This document shows, piece after piece, positions 10,272-20,758 of a stretch of 64,000 nt of DNA. A program made the translations under genes and the position numbers. The stretch is taken from NCBI GenBank assembly GCA_016926735.1, contig JAFGOA010000036.1, positions 1 through 64,000 on the forward strand. Direction: 5' to 3'. Each line of letters opens with the position of its first letter. Position 1 is the stretch's first letter. The notes below the pieces were generated by a model that had not been told where the DNA came from, did not search any database, and was given only the letters and a program-made list of their open reading frames with translations. The stretch is from Promethearchaeota archaeon (GTDB lineage Archaea > Asgardarchaeota > Lokiarchaeia > Sigyniarchaeales > SOKP01).

Positions 10272-12083
10272 ATGCCAAAATTATTTCAAGATAACTTTTC
10301 TGAGAGAAGAAAGAGATTTTTATCAATAAAGTATAGTACAAGCCTTAAAACTATACTATCATATTTATGGGACTATAAAGGTTTGTTTTACTTAGTTGTA
10401 ATAATTGGATTGATAAATTCCATTTTATTTTTGGTTTCGCCTATATTATTAGGACCTATCCTGGATATATTAGTAGAATCTTCAAATCCTATTGAAAATG
10501 TATATCCTATTTTTATTTTAGTTATGATTATTCAATTGATTGTAGCATTATTAATGGGCATAAGAGTATATATAAATAGATGGATTGGTACAAATGTAAT
10601 TTATAAATTACGTAATGATTTATTTTCAACAATTCAGATAATGAGTTTTAGTTGGCTAGATCTTACTAAAACAGGAGAATTATTATCTAGAACAACAAGT
10701 GATGTAAATTTATTAAAAGAATTCTTAGGTAATAATCTACAAATGTTTGTAAGACAGTTATTTACATTTATTTTTAGTTTTGTTGTACTTTTTTTTATAA
10801 ATTTTGAATTGGCAATTTATGTTATTTCCGTTAGTCCTGCTTTATTTTATGTTTTAATTAAATTTCGGAAAAAAATAAGGCCAATTTTTAGAAAATCTCG
10901 TGAGAGTTATGCAGAATTAACACATAATATACAAGAGAATATACAAGGAATAAATGTTGTTAAGGCATTTTCAAAAGAAGAGCATGAACTTGAAAAATTT
11001 TCTTTATCTAATCAAAAATATTATAATGATTCAATGAAAATAATAAAAGTACAGGTTATTTTTGACCCACTTATTTATTTAATAGATAGTATAGCATTTT
11101 TAATTGTATTATTACTTGGTACTTATTTTGTCTATGAAGGAAAAATTTCATTTGGAGAAATTTTCTCATTCATATTGATAATGAATTTCTCAGTTGAACC
11201 TCTTTATTTTATTTCAAGATTTCTTGGAAATATGCCTCAAATAAGTGAAACATGTGAAAGAATTGTTCATATTTTAAAATCTGAAGTAAATCTTCAAGAA
11301 AGCGAAAATGCTAAAGATTTACCAACTATTAAAGGTGAAATTATATTTGAAAATGTTTCCTTTAAATATAATATTGAAAGTGAACATAATGTATTAGATA
11401 ATATTACTTTTAGAGTTACCCCTGGTGAAACTATAGCAATTTTAGGCTCTACAGGTTCAGGAAAATCAAGTTTAGTGAAACTTATCCCTCGTTTTTATGA
11501 CGTATCCAAAGGAAGGATTTTGATTGATGGCATAAATATAAAGGATGTAAAATTTAAATCATTACGTAAACAGATAGGTTATGTTTCTCAAGAAAAAATT
11601 TTATTTAGTAGAAGTATTAAAGATAATATATGCTTGGGTAATAAGAATTTAACTGATGAGGAAATTGAAAAAATAGCTAAAATCGCTGATATTCATGATT
11701 TTATAACTAAAGATCTTAATAAGAAATATAATACAAAAGTTGGCGAGAGAGGTCTAACACTTTCAGGGGGTCAAAAACAAAGAATTGCTATAGCGCGAGC
11801 TATTGCTGTTAAACCTAAGATTCTTATTTTAGATGATTGTTTTTCATCTGTAGACGTAGATACAGAATATAAAATACAAAAATCCTTAAAAAAAGTTATA
11901 AAAAATACAACAACCTTTCTAATCACACAAAGATTAAGTACAGTCAGACATGCAGATAGAATATTAGTTCTAGAGAGAGGAAAAATTGTTCAATTAGGAA
12001 GTCATGAACAATTAATAAATGAGAAAAAGGGTATTTATAAAAAATTATATTTAACACTTCAAATAGAGGAAAGATCCAAATGA
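10272..12083 (+). CDS. ABC exporter subunit (TMD+NBD), first half of a heterodimer
   Basis: 6 TM, GSTGSGKS, LSGGQKQR; degenerate Walker B ILDDC and Q in place of the switch His (ITQR). Start chosen at ATG 10272 (ORF track gives 10191). Confidence 0.92.
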   Translation: MPKLFQDNFSERRKRFLSIKYSTSLKTILSYLWDYKGLFYLVVIIGLINSILFLVSPILLGPILDILVESSNPIENVYPIFILVMIIQLIVALLMGIRVYINRWIGTNVIYKLRNDLFSTIQIMSFSWLDLTKTGELLSRTTSDVNLLKEFLGNNLQMFVRQLFTFIFSFVVLFFINFELAIYVISVSPALFYVLIKFRKKIRPIFRKSRESYAELTHNIQENIQGINVVKAFSKEEHELEKFSLSNQKYYNDSMKIIKVQVIFDPLIYLIDSIAFLIVLLLGTYFVYEGKISFGEIFSFILIMNFSVEPLYFISRFLGNMPQISETCERIVHILKSEVNLQESENAKDLPTIKGEIIFENVSFKYNIESEHNVLDNITFRVTPGETIAILGSTGSGKSSLVKLIPRFYDVSKGRILIDGINIKDVKFKSLRKQIGYVSQEKILFSRSIKDNICLGNKNLTDEEIEKIAKIADIHDFITKDLNKKYNTKVGERGLTLSGGQKQRIAIARAIAVKPKILILDDCFSSVDVDTEYKIQKSLKKVIKNTTTFLITQRLSTVRHADRILVLERGKIVQLGSHEQLINEKKGIYKKLYLTLQIEERSK

Positions 12084-13897
12084 TCCTAAAGAAAAAGAAA
12101 AGAAAAGAAAAGAAGAGTGATTTAAAAGCATTATATGTAATTAAACGTCTGATAAAATATATTGGATCTAATAATAAGAAATATATAGCTCCATTGATCA
12201 TTTTAATTATTCTTAATCTTTTTTTTAACTTATTTTCTCCATTGGTTTTTCGTCATTTAATTGATGTGGGAATAGGAAATGCGATAGGGGAAGGAACTGG
12301 AGGAAATATTGATATTATCATATTTGATGGGATTCTTTATTTTATATTGACACTCCTAATTGTTTTAACTCGAATTTTACAAGGATATATTATTCAGAAA
12401 CTTGCAACAATAACAATGTATAACCTCAGATATGAAATTTTCACAAAATTTCAATATTTAGGATTAGATTATCATGAAAATTCCAATAATAGTGCGGGAA
12501 AAAAAATTTCTTATCTAACGAATGATGTTAATACCATTCAAGAATTAATAGAAAGTGGGCTTTTAGTCATAATTGGAAATTTCTTTTCTTTAATAGGGGC
12601 TTTAGGATTTATGATTATATTAAGTCTACAATTAACATTAGTATTATTCATAATTATTCCTGTATTTGGAGTTATAGGAGGATCTGTTTTTAAAAAAGCT
12701 AGAAAATATTATAAAGATTTAAGAGAGAAAGTATCAAAGGTAACTAGTGCATTTGATGAATCTATTTTAGGAATGAGAGAAATCCAATCTTTTGCAATTG
12801 AAGAAGAAATGTTTTATGAATTTAATGAGGCTACCAAAAATGAAAAAGACATATCATTAAAATCAGCAAAATTATTTGCTATTATCCCAGGATTGATAAT
12901 TTTAGTATTTACCACTGGAATTGGTATCCTATTTTTTACAGCAGGGATTTTAATAAGAGATAAAGTAATTACATTAGGGACATTTATCTCTTTTATTTTT
13001 TATTTATTTCAATTCTTTGAACCCTTAAATGCTTTAATTGGGTTTTTTACAATATTACAAAATGCTTTAGCAGCAGGGACACGAATGATCGGTTTGATCG
13101 ATACTTATCCTTCAATAAAGGAAAGTTTTAATCCTATTAATCTGAAAAACATTCAAGGTGAAATTGAATATAATAATATTAGTTTTTACTATGATAAAGA
13201 AAATCCTGTCATTAATAATATAAATATCAGAATAAAAGCAAAGGAAAGATTAGCACTAGTTGGTTATACAGGTGCAGGAAAAAGCACTTTTATTAAACTA
13301 TTAAATAGATTTTATGATCCTATTGATGGGGACATTACATTGGATGGTGTAGAACTTAAAAATATCAATCTTAAAAGCTTAAGATCCAATATTGGAGTTG
13401 TTTTACAAGAAAATTTCCTTTTTTCAGGTACTATTATGGATAATATAAAATATGGAAAATTAGATGCAACAGATGAAGAAGTAATTAATATTGCCAAACA
13501 GGTTAATGCACACAATTTTGTTATTGATCTTGAAAATGGATATCAAACATTAGTAGGAGAAAGGGGAAGTCACCTTTCAGAGGGGGAAAGACAATTAATA
13601 GCTTTTGCAAGAGCACTAATAGGGGATCCTCCTATTTTAATATTAGATGAAGCGACTTCTGCAGTTGATCCTTATAGTGAGCTTTTAATCCAAGAAGCTT
13701 TAGAAAAGATTTTAAAAGGACGGACAAGTATTTCAATTGCTCATAGACTATCAACTATTATAAATTCTGATAGAATTTTGGTATTAGATAAAGGAAAAAT
13801 AATTGAAAAAGGTTCTCATGAAGAATTGATGAAAAAAAATGGATTTTATCAACACTTGTTTGAGCTACAATTTAAAGATCCTTATAAGAAATACTAA
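12080..13897 (+). CDS. ABC exporter subunit (TMD+NBD), second half of a heterodimer
   Basis: GYTGAGKS, degenerate signature LSEGERQ, canonical ILDEAT and IAHR; 4-nt overlap with the upstream gene. Confidence 0.93.
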   Translation: MILKKKKRKEKKSDLKALYVIKRLIKYIGSNNKKYIAPLIILIILNLFFNLFSPLVFRHLIDVGIGNAIGEGTGGNIDIIIFDGILYFILTLLIVLTRILQGYIIQKLATITMYNLRYEIFTKFQYLGLDYHENSNNSAGKKISYLTNDVNTIQELIESGLLVIIGNFFSLIGALGFMIILSLQLTLVLFIIIPVFGVIGGSVFKKARKYYKDLREKVSKVTSAFDESILGMREIQSFAIEEEMFYEFNEATKNEKDISLKSAKLFAIIPGLIILVFTTGIGILFFTAGILIRDKVITLGTFISFIFYLFQFFEPLNALIGFFTILQNALAAGTRMIGLIDTYPSIKESFNPINLKNIQGEIEYNNISFYYDKENPVINNINIRIKAKERLALVGYTGAGKSTFIKLLNRFYDPIDGDITLDGVELKNINLKSLRSNIGVVLQENFLFSGTIMDNIKYGKLDATDEEVINIAKQVNAHNFVIDLENGYQTLVGERGSHLSEGERQLIAFARALIGDPPILILDEATSAVDPYSELLIQEALEKILKGRTSISIAHRLSTIINSDRILVLDKGKIIEKGSHEELMKKNGFYQHLFELQFKDPYKKY

Positions 13898-14035
13898 TTT
13901 AATCAAATTTTTTTACGATTATCATTTCGAACGATAAAAAATATCGTTTCTTATTAGAACTATTTTAATGATTTGAAATCTGAGATATAAATAGAACAAA
14001 CTGTATAAAAAAATATTAAAAAAATAATATTAAAT

Positions 14036-14416
14036 TTAAGCTGGAAAGTTATAGGAACATTTTTTACAAGTAATCTTTTTCTTATATATCTTTATTCCTC
14101 CCATTTGATGAATTGGGGGTTGAGACCTATCTTCCCTCTCATCAAAATCAGTACCTCCGCATTCAGGACATACTCTTCTTCCTTCTACAGGAGGGGCTAC
14201 TTTAAGCCTTTCTTCTTCTTTCTGTTTATCTATGACTTCAGAAGGTTTTAATCCTCCTGGAGCTGTTTCTGCAGCAGGAGCTGGTGTTGACGCAACTGGA
14301 GTTGGTTCTGGCTCTTTTGGAGCAATAGAACCACTTGAACTGGAACCTAGTACTTTATCTAATTTATCATTTATGATTTCAAGTAATTTTATTACTTTTT
14401 CTTCAAATTCACTCAA
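14036..14416 (-). CDS. Small protein: short amphipathic helix, Pro/Ala linker, zinc ribbon
   Basis: TTG start preceded by AGAGGAG; CPEC...CKKC; the ribbon aligns with the gelsolin C-terminus. Confidence 0.8.
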   Translation of the reverse strand: MSEFEEKVIKLLEIINDKLDKVLGSSSSGSIAPKEPEPTPVASTPAPAAETAPGGLKPSEVIDKQKEEERLKVAPPVEGRRVCPECGGTDFDEREDRSQPPIHQMGGIKIYKKKITCKKCSYNFPA

Positions 14417-14859
14417 TAATTTTCTCCTCTTTCAATTGGAGTAGATTGATTTTAATTAATAATCTTAGAATCATCTTAAATATTTTAGTAAAAAGAAAAT
14501 AGTAAAAAAAACAAAATTATAATCTTTTTTTTTGGAAGCTTTACACTATATACTCCTATAGCATGATCTTTTCTCATTTCTTACAAGGATATATCAATCC
14601 CATAAACCAATATTTTTTCATTTGGTATTAGTTTGACAAAAATAAGTTAATTTATTTCATCTTCAGTACTATTCTCAAAAATTATATTATAAGAACTCCT
14701 TAGTAATCTCTTTTTTACATGACAATTTTTAGCTTCTTCATCTCTAATGGATATTATTTCTGCATTATCTCTAAATTCTACTCTTGATGATGATATAATT
14801 CTTAAATTATAATGATGGAAGGGAATAATAAATGATAATTTTGGATTATTTTCAATTTA

Positions 14860-17187
14860 TCAATTTTTTTGTCTCATTGGAGTGAAAATATCAAAAAATT
14901 CCCTTTTTAACTTAGTATTCAATTGAAATTTTATTATTATTTTATTTCCTGAAAGAGTATTAGCATGAATATTATTAAAAGATTCTCCAAATCCTGTAAA
15001 AACAACAATATCTCCATTCTTTAAATTAGAATCTAATTTATCATTGTCTTTCACCCGGAGATACATTCCAGGTTTAATATCATATAAATTATTAATATTG
15101 TGAATACTTGAAAAGGAATAAGTTCCTGCATATTGCTCAATAACATAGTCATATAATTGTTTTAAAGGCTCATTTTCTATTTCTACAACTTCTCCTTTAA
15201 TTCCTCTTTTAGCAATTAAAAGAGCCGCAATAGCATGATCAACAAAGCCTTTACTTTTTACTTCACTAACTAATTTACCTTGCTGTAAATGAAAAATCGC
15301 TTCTTTAGTTGTCTTATACTCATCAACGAGAAATATTTCTGGTGGTTTAAAATGTTTTTTGCTTGAATTATTATATTTAGATATCTTTCTATCCATTTTA
15401 TCTTTAGAAAATAGATGTCCTTCTTTTGTTTGATTTGGAATATTAAAATAATCTATCAATAAATCGATAATGAAATTAGAACCAGGACCATTCCCGATAA
15501 AAATTCTATTTATTAATTCCTTTTCATTTCCAAGGAATAGATCTAATTCTTTTTTAATGATAGAAATAGCACCTAAACGAGCTTTTGCATTTTCTATTTT
15601 ACTTTTAAGATTTACATACCATAAAGAAGGGAGTTCTGATTTCTCTATTAAGCAAAATCCAAAATGTCTCGTCCCAGGATCAACTGAAAGAACTCTACCA
15701 GTTTGTTGAAAATTGAAAATACTTATTTCGGCTTTACCATTAGAAGTCTTCATAAGAGAGTTAAAAAAAAATTCAAACTGTTCATTTTTGATCTGTAGAA
15801 AGAAAATATTTGTATTTGATTGATACAATACCTCAACATCATATTTTTGAATAATAGGATAGATTTCATGAATATTTTCAATTTTTACAATCACATCTTG
15901 ATGTGGAATAATTTTAATTAACTTAACTTTCTCTATAGCCTTAGCTATAGCTTGAGCAATATTATCTTCATTATTTCCAGAGAGAACATCAACATGCAAA
16001 CCATCTAAATGAAATGCTTCATATGCGGCAGATGAACCTAAAATATCATAAATCTTCTTTTCATTAGTACCATTTCTGGTAATCGTTAAAATTCTTTTAA
16101 ATCTTGGAGCAATTTTCACTTGAGCACCATTGGATTTACCAGTACTCTTTTTATTTATTGTTATTATTCCTTTTATTTTAGTTCCAATAATCTTAAAATC
16201 AATTAATTTCTCTAAATTCTCTTTGATAAAGTCAAATTGAACATCACCTAAAACCTGTATGTTGATATCTTTTTTATCAATGTAAAAATTAAATGATGGA
16301 ATTATTGTTTTTAGATCTTCTAAAATTTCAATACCCATTTTGAATTTAAAAGGATCATTAATATGGATAAAATATTCCTTTCTTGGTTGGATTTCAGACA
16401 TTAAACCATTAATTTTACTAGAAATAAAGTTTCCTCTAATATATTTTGTCCCTAAATCAAATTTCTTGTTAAGATTTAAAGAAATTTGAATAATGTCCCC
16501 TTCAGTAGCATCTTCTAAAGATTGAGTATCTAAAGAATACATATGTTTAACTCTTAATTTTTCAGTGATGAAACTATTAGTTTTAATTGTTCCAGAAAGA
16601 ATTCCTATACTAATCAAATCTCCCAATCCCTTTTTATAATCATATCCTAATATAATAAATTTAAGATCTGATTTGTAATTTTCTCGCCTTTTAGAATATA
16701 ATTGTATTCTTTTAATTAGGTTTTCTATACCTATTTTTTTTTTTGATGAGGTTTCAACAATAAAATACTGGTCTGTTGTTAATTGTTCTAAGTTTTGTTT
16801 AATTTTTTCTATAGATACATTTGGTAAATCCATCTTTGTCCCCACAATTATCATAGGTAGTTGCATTTTAGTAGCTATATCGAATAACCAGTATGTGCGT
16901 GCTTTAAATCCTTCATTGGCTGCAGCTATCAATACTAAGACATCAGTAAATTCTAAACCTAGAGCAATACTACCTTGAAAGTCAATATGACCCGGAGAAT
17001 CTAAAAAATTTAACAATAAATTTTCCTTTTTAAGATAAAATTGAATGACTTTAAGGGATACAGTTGTACCATGATTTAATTCAAAATCTAATTTATCTGG
17101 AAATTTACCAACGATAGCATTTATCAAAGAACTCTTACCATGCTGACTGTGACCTGCAATTAGAACATTTAAAACTCTTCTATTCAT
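14860..17187 (-). CDS. Translational GTPase (EF-G/TetM-like) fused to a YqgF/RuvX-like RNase H-fold nuclease domain
   Basis: GHSQHGKSS, ELNHGTTV, DSPGHIDF, TKMD; later VLSVDPG, IFIGNGPGS, VDEYKTT, VDHAIAALLIA. Confidence 0.8.
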   Translation of the reverse strand: MNRRVLNVLIAGHSQHGKSSLINAIVGKFPDKLDFELNHGTTVSLKVIQFYLKKENLLLNFLDSPGHIDFQGSIALGLEFTDVLVLIAAANEGFKARTYWLFDIATKMQLPMIIVGTKMDLPNVSIEKIKQNLEQLTTDQYFIVETSSKKKIGIENLIKRIQLYSKRRENYKSDLKFIILGYDYKKGLGDLISIGILSGTIKTNSFITEKLRVKHMYSLDTQSLEDATEGDIIQISLNLNKKFDLGTKYIRGNFISSKINGLMSEIQPRKEYFIHINDPFKFKMGIEILEDLKTIIPSFNFYIDKKDINIQVLGDVQFDFIKENLEKLIDFKIIGTKIKGIITINKKSTGKSNGAQVKIAPRFKRILTITRNGTNEKKIYDILGSSAAYEAFHLDGLHVDVLSGNNEDNIAQAIAKAIEKVKLIKIIPHQDVIVKIENIHEIYPIIQKYDVEVLYQSNTNIFFLQIKNEQFEFFFNSLMKTSNGKAEISIFNFQQTGRVLSVDPGTRHFGFCLIEKSELPSLWYVNLKSKIENAKARLGAISIIKKELDLFLGNEKELINRIFIGNGPGSNFIIDLLIDYFNIPNQTKEGHLFSKDKMDRKISKYNNSSKKHFKPPEIFLVDEYKTTKEAIFHLQQGKLVSEVKSKGFVDHAIAALLIAKRGIKGEVVEIENEPLKQLYDYVIEQYAGTYSFSSIHNINNLYDIKPGMYLRVKDNDKLDSNLKNGDIVVFTGFGESFNNIHANTLSGNKIIIKFQLNTKLKREFFDIFTPMRQKN

Positions 17188-17400
17188 TACAAGTAATTAA
17201 AATATTCCATTGAGGAAATATTTTTGGTTTAAAAAAAGATTTTAATCTTTAAAAAAAACAAGTTTTTTTTATTAATCATCTTAAAAATTATAAAAAAAAT
17301 ATATTCTAATTTGATTTATTATTAAACTTGAAAATAATAATTATTTTATTTATAATTTATTATCAATATAAATATATTTTAAGGCATAAAAATCATATTT

Positions 17401-18240
17401 ATGGAAAATAGAAAAATTAATGATTCAGAATGGTTAATACCAAAATCAGATATCTCATTTGATTATCTTTTAAAATTTAATAGGAATATGGGAATATTAC
17501 ATCTTATTCAAGGACTAATTATGGTGATATTTGGTTTTCTCCCTCAATTAGCATTCAGAATAGATGTATATACAACATATATCAAATTTGTTTTAGGACC
17601 TCCAAATACTATAGAACCAAATCCAGAGATTCTTTTTTCAATTTCTGCTGTAGGTGCATTGGTTGGTTCTTTCTTATTAATATCCGCTTTAGCACATTTC
17701 TTAATAGCTTATCCATTAAATAAATCTTACATTAAAAATTTGAAGAGAGGGATAAACAAGGTTCGCTGGTTTGAATATGCATTTTCAAGTTCAATTATGA
17801 TTCTACTTATTGCTCTATTTTTTGGTGTTCTTGATTTCTGGGCACTGGTTATGATTTTTACTCTGAATGCTTTGATGAATATGTTTGGCTTAGTAATGGA
17901 ATCATATAATGTTTATACAAGAAAATTAGGTGAAAAGATTAAATGGGGGCCTTATTATTTGGGAGTTATTGCTGGAGCTGTTCCTTGGATTGTAATTACG
18001 GCCTTTTTCTTTAATACAAGTGTGACTGGGGGTCAAATTCCAGGATTTGTTTATGGAATCTATATAATCGAATTATTCTTTTACAATACTTTTGCAATCA
18101 ATATGATACTTCAATATAAAGGAGTGTGGAAATGGAAAGATTATCTTTTTGGAGAGAAAGTGTATCAACTTCTTAGCCTCATTTCAAAAAGTTTCTTAGC
18201 ATGGCTAGTTTTTGGAGGTGTTTTTTCTCCAACAGGGTAA
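17401..18240 (+). CDS. Heliorhodopsin
   Basis: 7 TM; FN..MGILHLIQG, SALAHF, N.VRWFEYAFSSSIM, LQY, Y..GE..Y..LSLISKSFLAW with the retinal-binding Lys. Confidence 0.95.
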   Translation: MENRKINDSEWLIPKSDISFDYLLKFNRNMGILHLIQGLIMVIFGFLPQLAFRIDVYTTYIKFVLGPPNTIEPNPEILFSISAVGALVGSFLLISALAHFLIAYPLNKSYIKNLKRGINKVRWFEYAFSSSIMILLIALFFGVLDFWALVMIFTLNALMNMFGLVMESYNVYTRKLGEKIKWGPYYLGVIAGAVPWIVITAFFFNTSVTGGQIPGFVYGIYIIELFFYNTFAINMILQYKGVWKWKDYLFGEKVYQLLSLISKSFLAWLVFGGVFSPTG

Positions 18241-18330
18241 TATTGCACTTTTCTTTTTATATATGAAATATTTAAATATAATTATAATCAAATATGAATA
18301 TAATATCTAATATAATAGAGATGAAATAAT

Positions 18331-18756
18331 ATGGAACAATCGCAAAAAGTCGTGTATTATGGATTAGCCTTAATTACTAGTCTAATTGGTGCTGTGTTAA
18401 TTTTAGTTACTGAATTTTCAGGGTATTGGACATCAATAATAACTGCTTGGATTGGAGTTGATAGTGCTGCAGCTGTTATATTAGTTCCGTTAGCATTATT
18501 TCTATTTTATTCTGTAGTAATAAATCTTCTTTTAATAGCAAATCCAGATAAAATTCAAAATAAAAACTTAATTGTTTTAGCGAAATTTCTTTGTTTGATA
18601 ACTTTCATACTATGCATAATAGGAGGAATTGTGTTTATTGCAATTGTTGAGATAGATGGTGTCTCAGGCTGGTGGTTTGGAGCGGGATTTTATGGTGGAG
18701 TCATAGGAGGGATTTTATCTTTTATTTTTATGTATCTCGCAGAAAAAGTAGAATAA
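18331..18756 (+). CDS. Four-TM membrane protein of unknown function
   Basis: Four hydrophobic helices; WWFGAGFYGG motif. Confidence 0.7.
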   Translation: MEQSQKVVYYGLALITSLIGAVLILVTEFSGYWTSIITAWIGVDSAAAVILVPLALFLFYSVVINLLLIANPDKIQNKNLIVLAKFLCLITFILCIIGGIVFIAIVEIDGVSGWWFGAGFYGGVIGGILSFIFMYLAEKVE

Positions 18757-18828
18757 AAAATCTAAAAGATATTTAATATTTCTTTTTATTTTATTAAGCT
18801 AAAGTTAGAATTTTATACCTAAAGGACT

Positions 18829-20442
18829 TTAGATCTTATAGAGCAAATTCCTATATTTCCCCGCACATTCTTCCCATGAATATGTATTAAAAATATCAAA
18901 TCCATTTAAAATCATATCACAATATTCTTCTTTATTATTAATATAATATGAGATTGCTTCTTCTAATACGTTTTCAAGTTCATATACCATTGACCAAAAA
19001 ACAGGATTACGCCAATCAATAGGTTCTGTAATAGATCTTCTTTTTTTAAAATCTGTTGAAAGTAATAATCTCCAATTATCAGGTTTCTCAGTATCAAATG
19101 ATTCTCGATATAAAAAACCTGTAGGTTTAGAAATATCCTTATGGTATTCCTTTACATAATTTTGAATATTTTTTGGGAGAAATTTAAAATTCTTGGGACA
19201 GACTTGTTGTATCAAACCTCCAGTAGCTCTAGCAATAATAGGGACTCCGGCAGAATATCCTTCATTTGCTGCCCCAAAAGGTTCATAATATGAGGGCATA
19301 ATAATATAATTTGCAGATTCTTGTAACTCTTGATAACCAACAGAGAGACGATAGGGAAAAACCATAACATTATTACCATATTCATAACATAGATCTCCTA
19401 AATACGATAGACTTATTAGATCTTCTCCACTAGGTATTGGTGCAAAAATGAAAAATGCTGAAGATGTTCCATATTTTTTTAAATATTTATAAATAGAAGC
19501 AGCAGCAACATCAAATCCTTTTTGTTTAGGCGCATCTCTACCAAAAATTAGAAATAGAGGAATTTTATCATTCGAAATATCAAATTTATTGCCCCATAAA
19601 GGATTAAGTTCTTCACTTTCCATTAATAGATTATTAAATATCTCACGGTTTTTTAATTTCTCATTTAAAATACCATCCTTAGTCGTTATATTATCAGGAA
19701 AGATTTTTTCAATAAAATTACCATTTTCTATTCCGATAGGATTTAGAAGTTGAAATTCCCCCCTAAGTTTTCTGCAAAGTACATCACGGAGCAATACATC
19801 ATTCATTAATTCATGAGCAAATTGTGTAGAGACGGTAGATAATCCTTGCATTTTTGGAATAGTAAATTGTAAGATAGTGCGCCCTTGAGGATCATTTGGC
19901 AGATATTCATCATAAGGATTATGGAGAGTTAAAAAACATTTATGCTGGGTTGATAAAGAAAAAGAATCTACAACAAGAGCTGTTTCCCAATCCTGTAAAT
20001 GTATAATATAAGGAGGGGGATAATTTTCCTGAATTAGATCCAATACTTTAGGTATTGATTTAGAGAAGAAATAAGAATCATGAATGAGTGAATCAAACCT
20101 CCATGTATCATTATATGGGTTTTTTCCAGATAAAAAGAACTTATCACATTTTACAAAAAATATATCAAAGTCTTTAAGATGAGAAAATTCTTTACTCTTA
20201 TAAATATTAATTTTATGTCTAAATCCCTTATATAATACCATATCTTCAAATTCCGTTTTTATTATTATTTCTTTTTCTTGAGAATTCTTTGTTTTTTCGA
20301 TATTTTGAAACAATGGTGTTAATAGAATTGTTTTTATTGATTTTGACATAATAGGTGGCAGTCTTTTCATAACTGCAGAAAGCCCACCCCAAGGTGCATA
20401 GTGATTCTCAAATGATACAAAAACAACAGTGTGATCTAACAT
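18829..20442 (-). CDS. glgA: Glycogen/starch synthase (GT5-like)
   Basis: SFE...GGLSAV, HLQDWETAL, TLHN, GIENG, GR..KQKGFD, MPSYYEPFG, RATGGL. Confidence 0.8.
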   Translation of the reverse strand: MLDHTVVFVSFENHYAPWGGLSAVMKRLPPIMSKSIKTILLTPLFQNIEKTKNSQEKEIIIKTEFEDMVLYKGFRHKINIYKSKEFSHLKDFDIFFVKCDKFFLSGKNPYNDTWRFDSLIHDSYFFSKSIPKVLDLIQENYPPPYIIHLQDWETALVVDSFSLSTQHKCFLTLHNPYDEYLPNDPQGRTILQFTIPKMQGLSTVSTQFAHELMNDVLLRDVLCRKLRGEFQLLNPIGIENGNFIEKIFPDNITTKDGILNEKLKNREIFNNLLMESEELNPLWGNKFDISNDKIPLFLIFGRDAPKQKGFDVAAASIYKYLKKYGTSSAFFIFAPIPSGEDLISLSYLGDLCYEYGNNVMVFPYRLSVGYQELQESANYIIMPSYYEPFGAANEGYSAGVPIIARATGGLIQQVCPKNFKFLPKNIQNYVKEYHKDISKPTGFLYRESFDTEKPDNWRLLLSTDFKKRRSITEPIDWRNPVFWSMVYELENVLEEAISYYINNKEEYCDMILNGFDIFNTYSWEECAGKYRNLLYKI

Positions 20443-20758
20443 CTTATTATAATTGATTAAAGATAACCCATATATAAATTAATCACAAATAAAAGGATTC
20501 TACATACTCTATTTTAAAAATAATATATTCTTATTAAAAAGAGAATTAATTAGAATTAAATTAAAATAGTTTTATACTATAAATATCTTATGTTAAATGT
20601 TTGATTTCCATAGATGGGATTCAATTCTCAATATTTTTGATATTTATCCTTATCTTTTCTCTAATAGGTAATGTGAAATTAAGGAAACCTAAAAGCTTTT
20701 ATAATCGTATTATTTTGTGTATAATTAATAGGTAAAAAGGGTAGGTTGAGTATAAAAA

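Noticed and set aside
14520-14830. Minus-strand protein-like frame with two internal stops downstream of the GTPase-YqgF gene
   Set aside because: No start codon or convincing family match; TGA is followed immediately by TAA at the upstream gene end, which excludes readthrough
14860-17187. Calling the GTPase a bona fide EF-2, SelB or IF2
   Set aside because: It lacks the EF-2 G' region and diphthamide loop, has a divergent G1 and switch I, and carries an unrelated nuclease-like C-terminus
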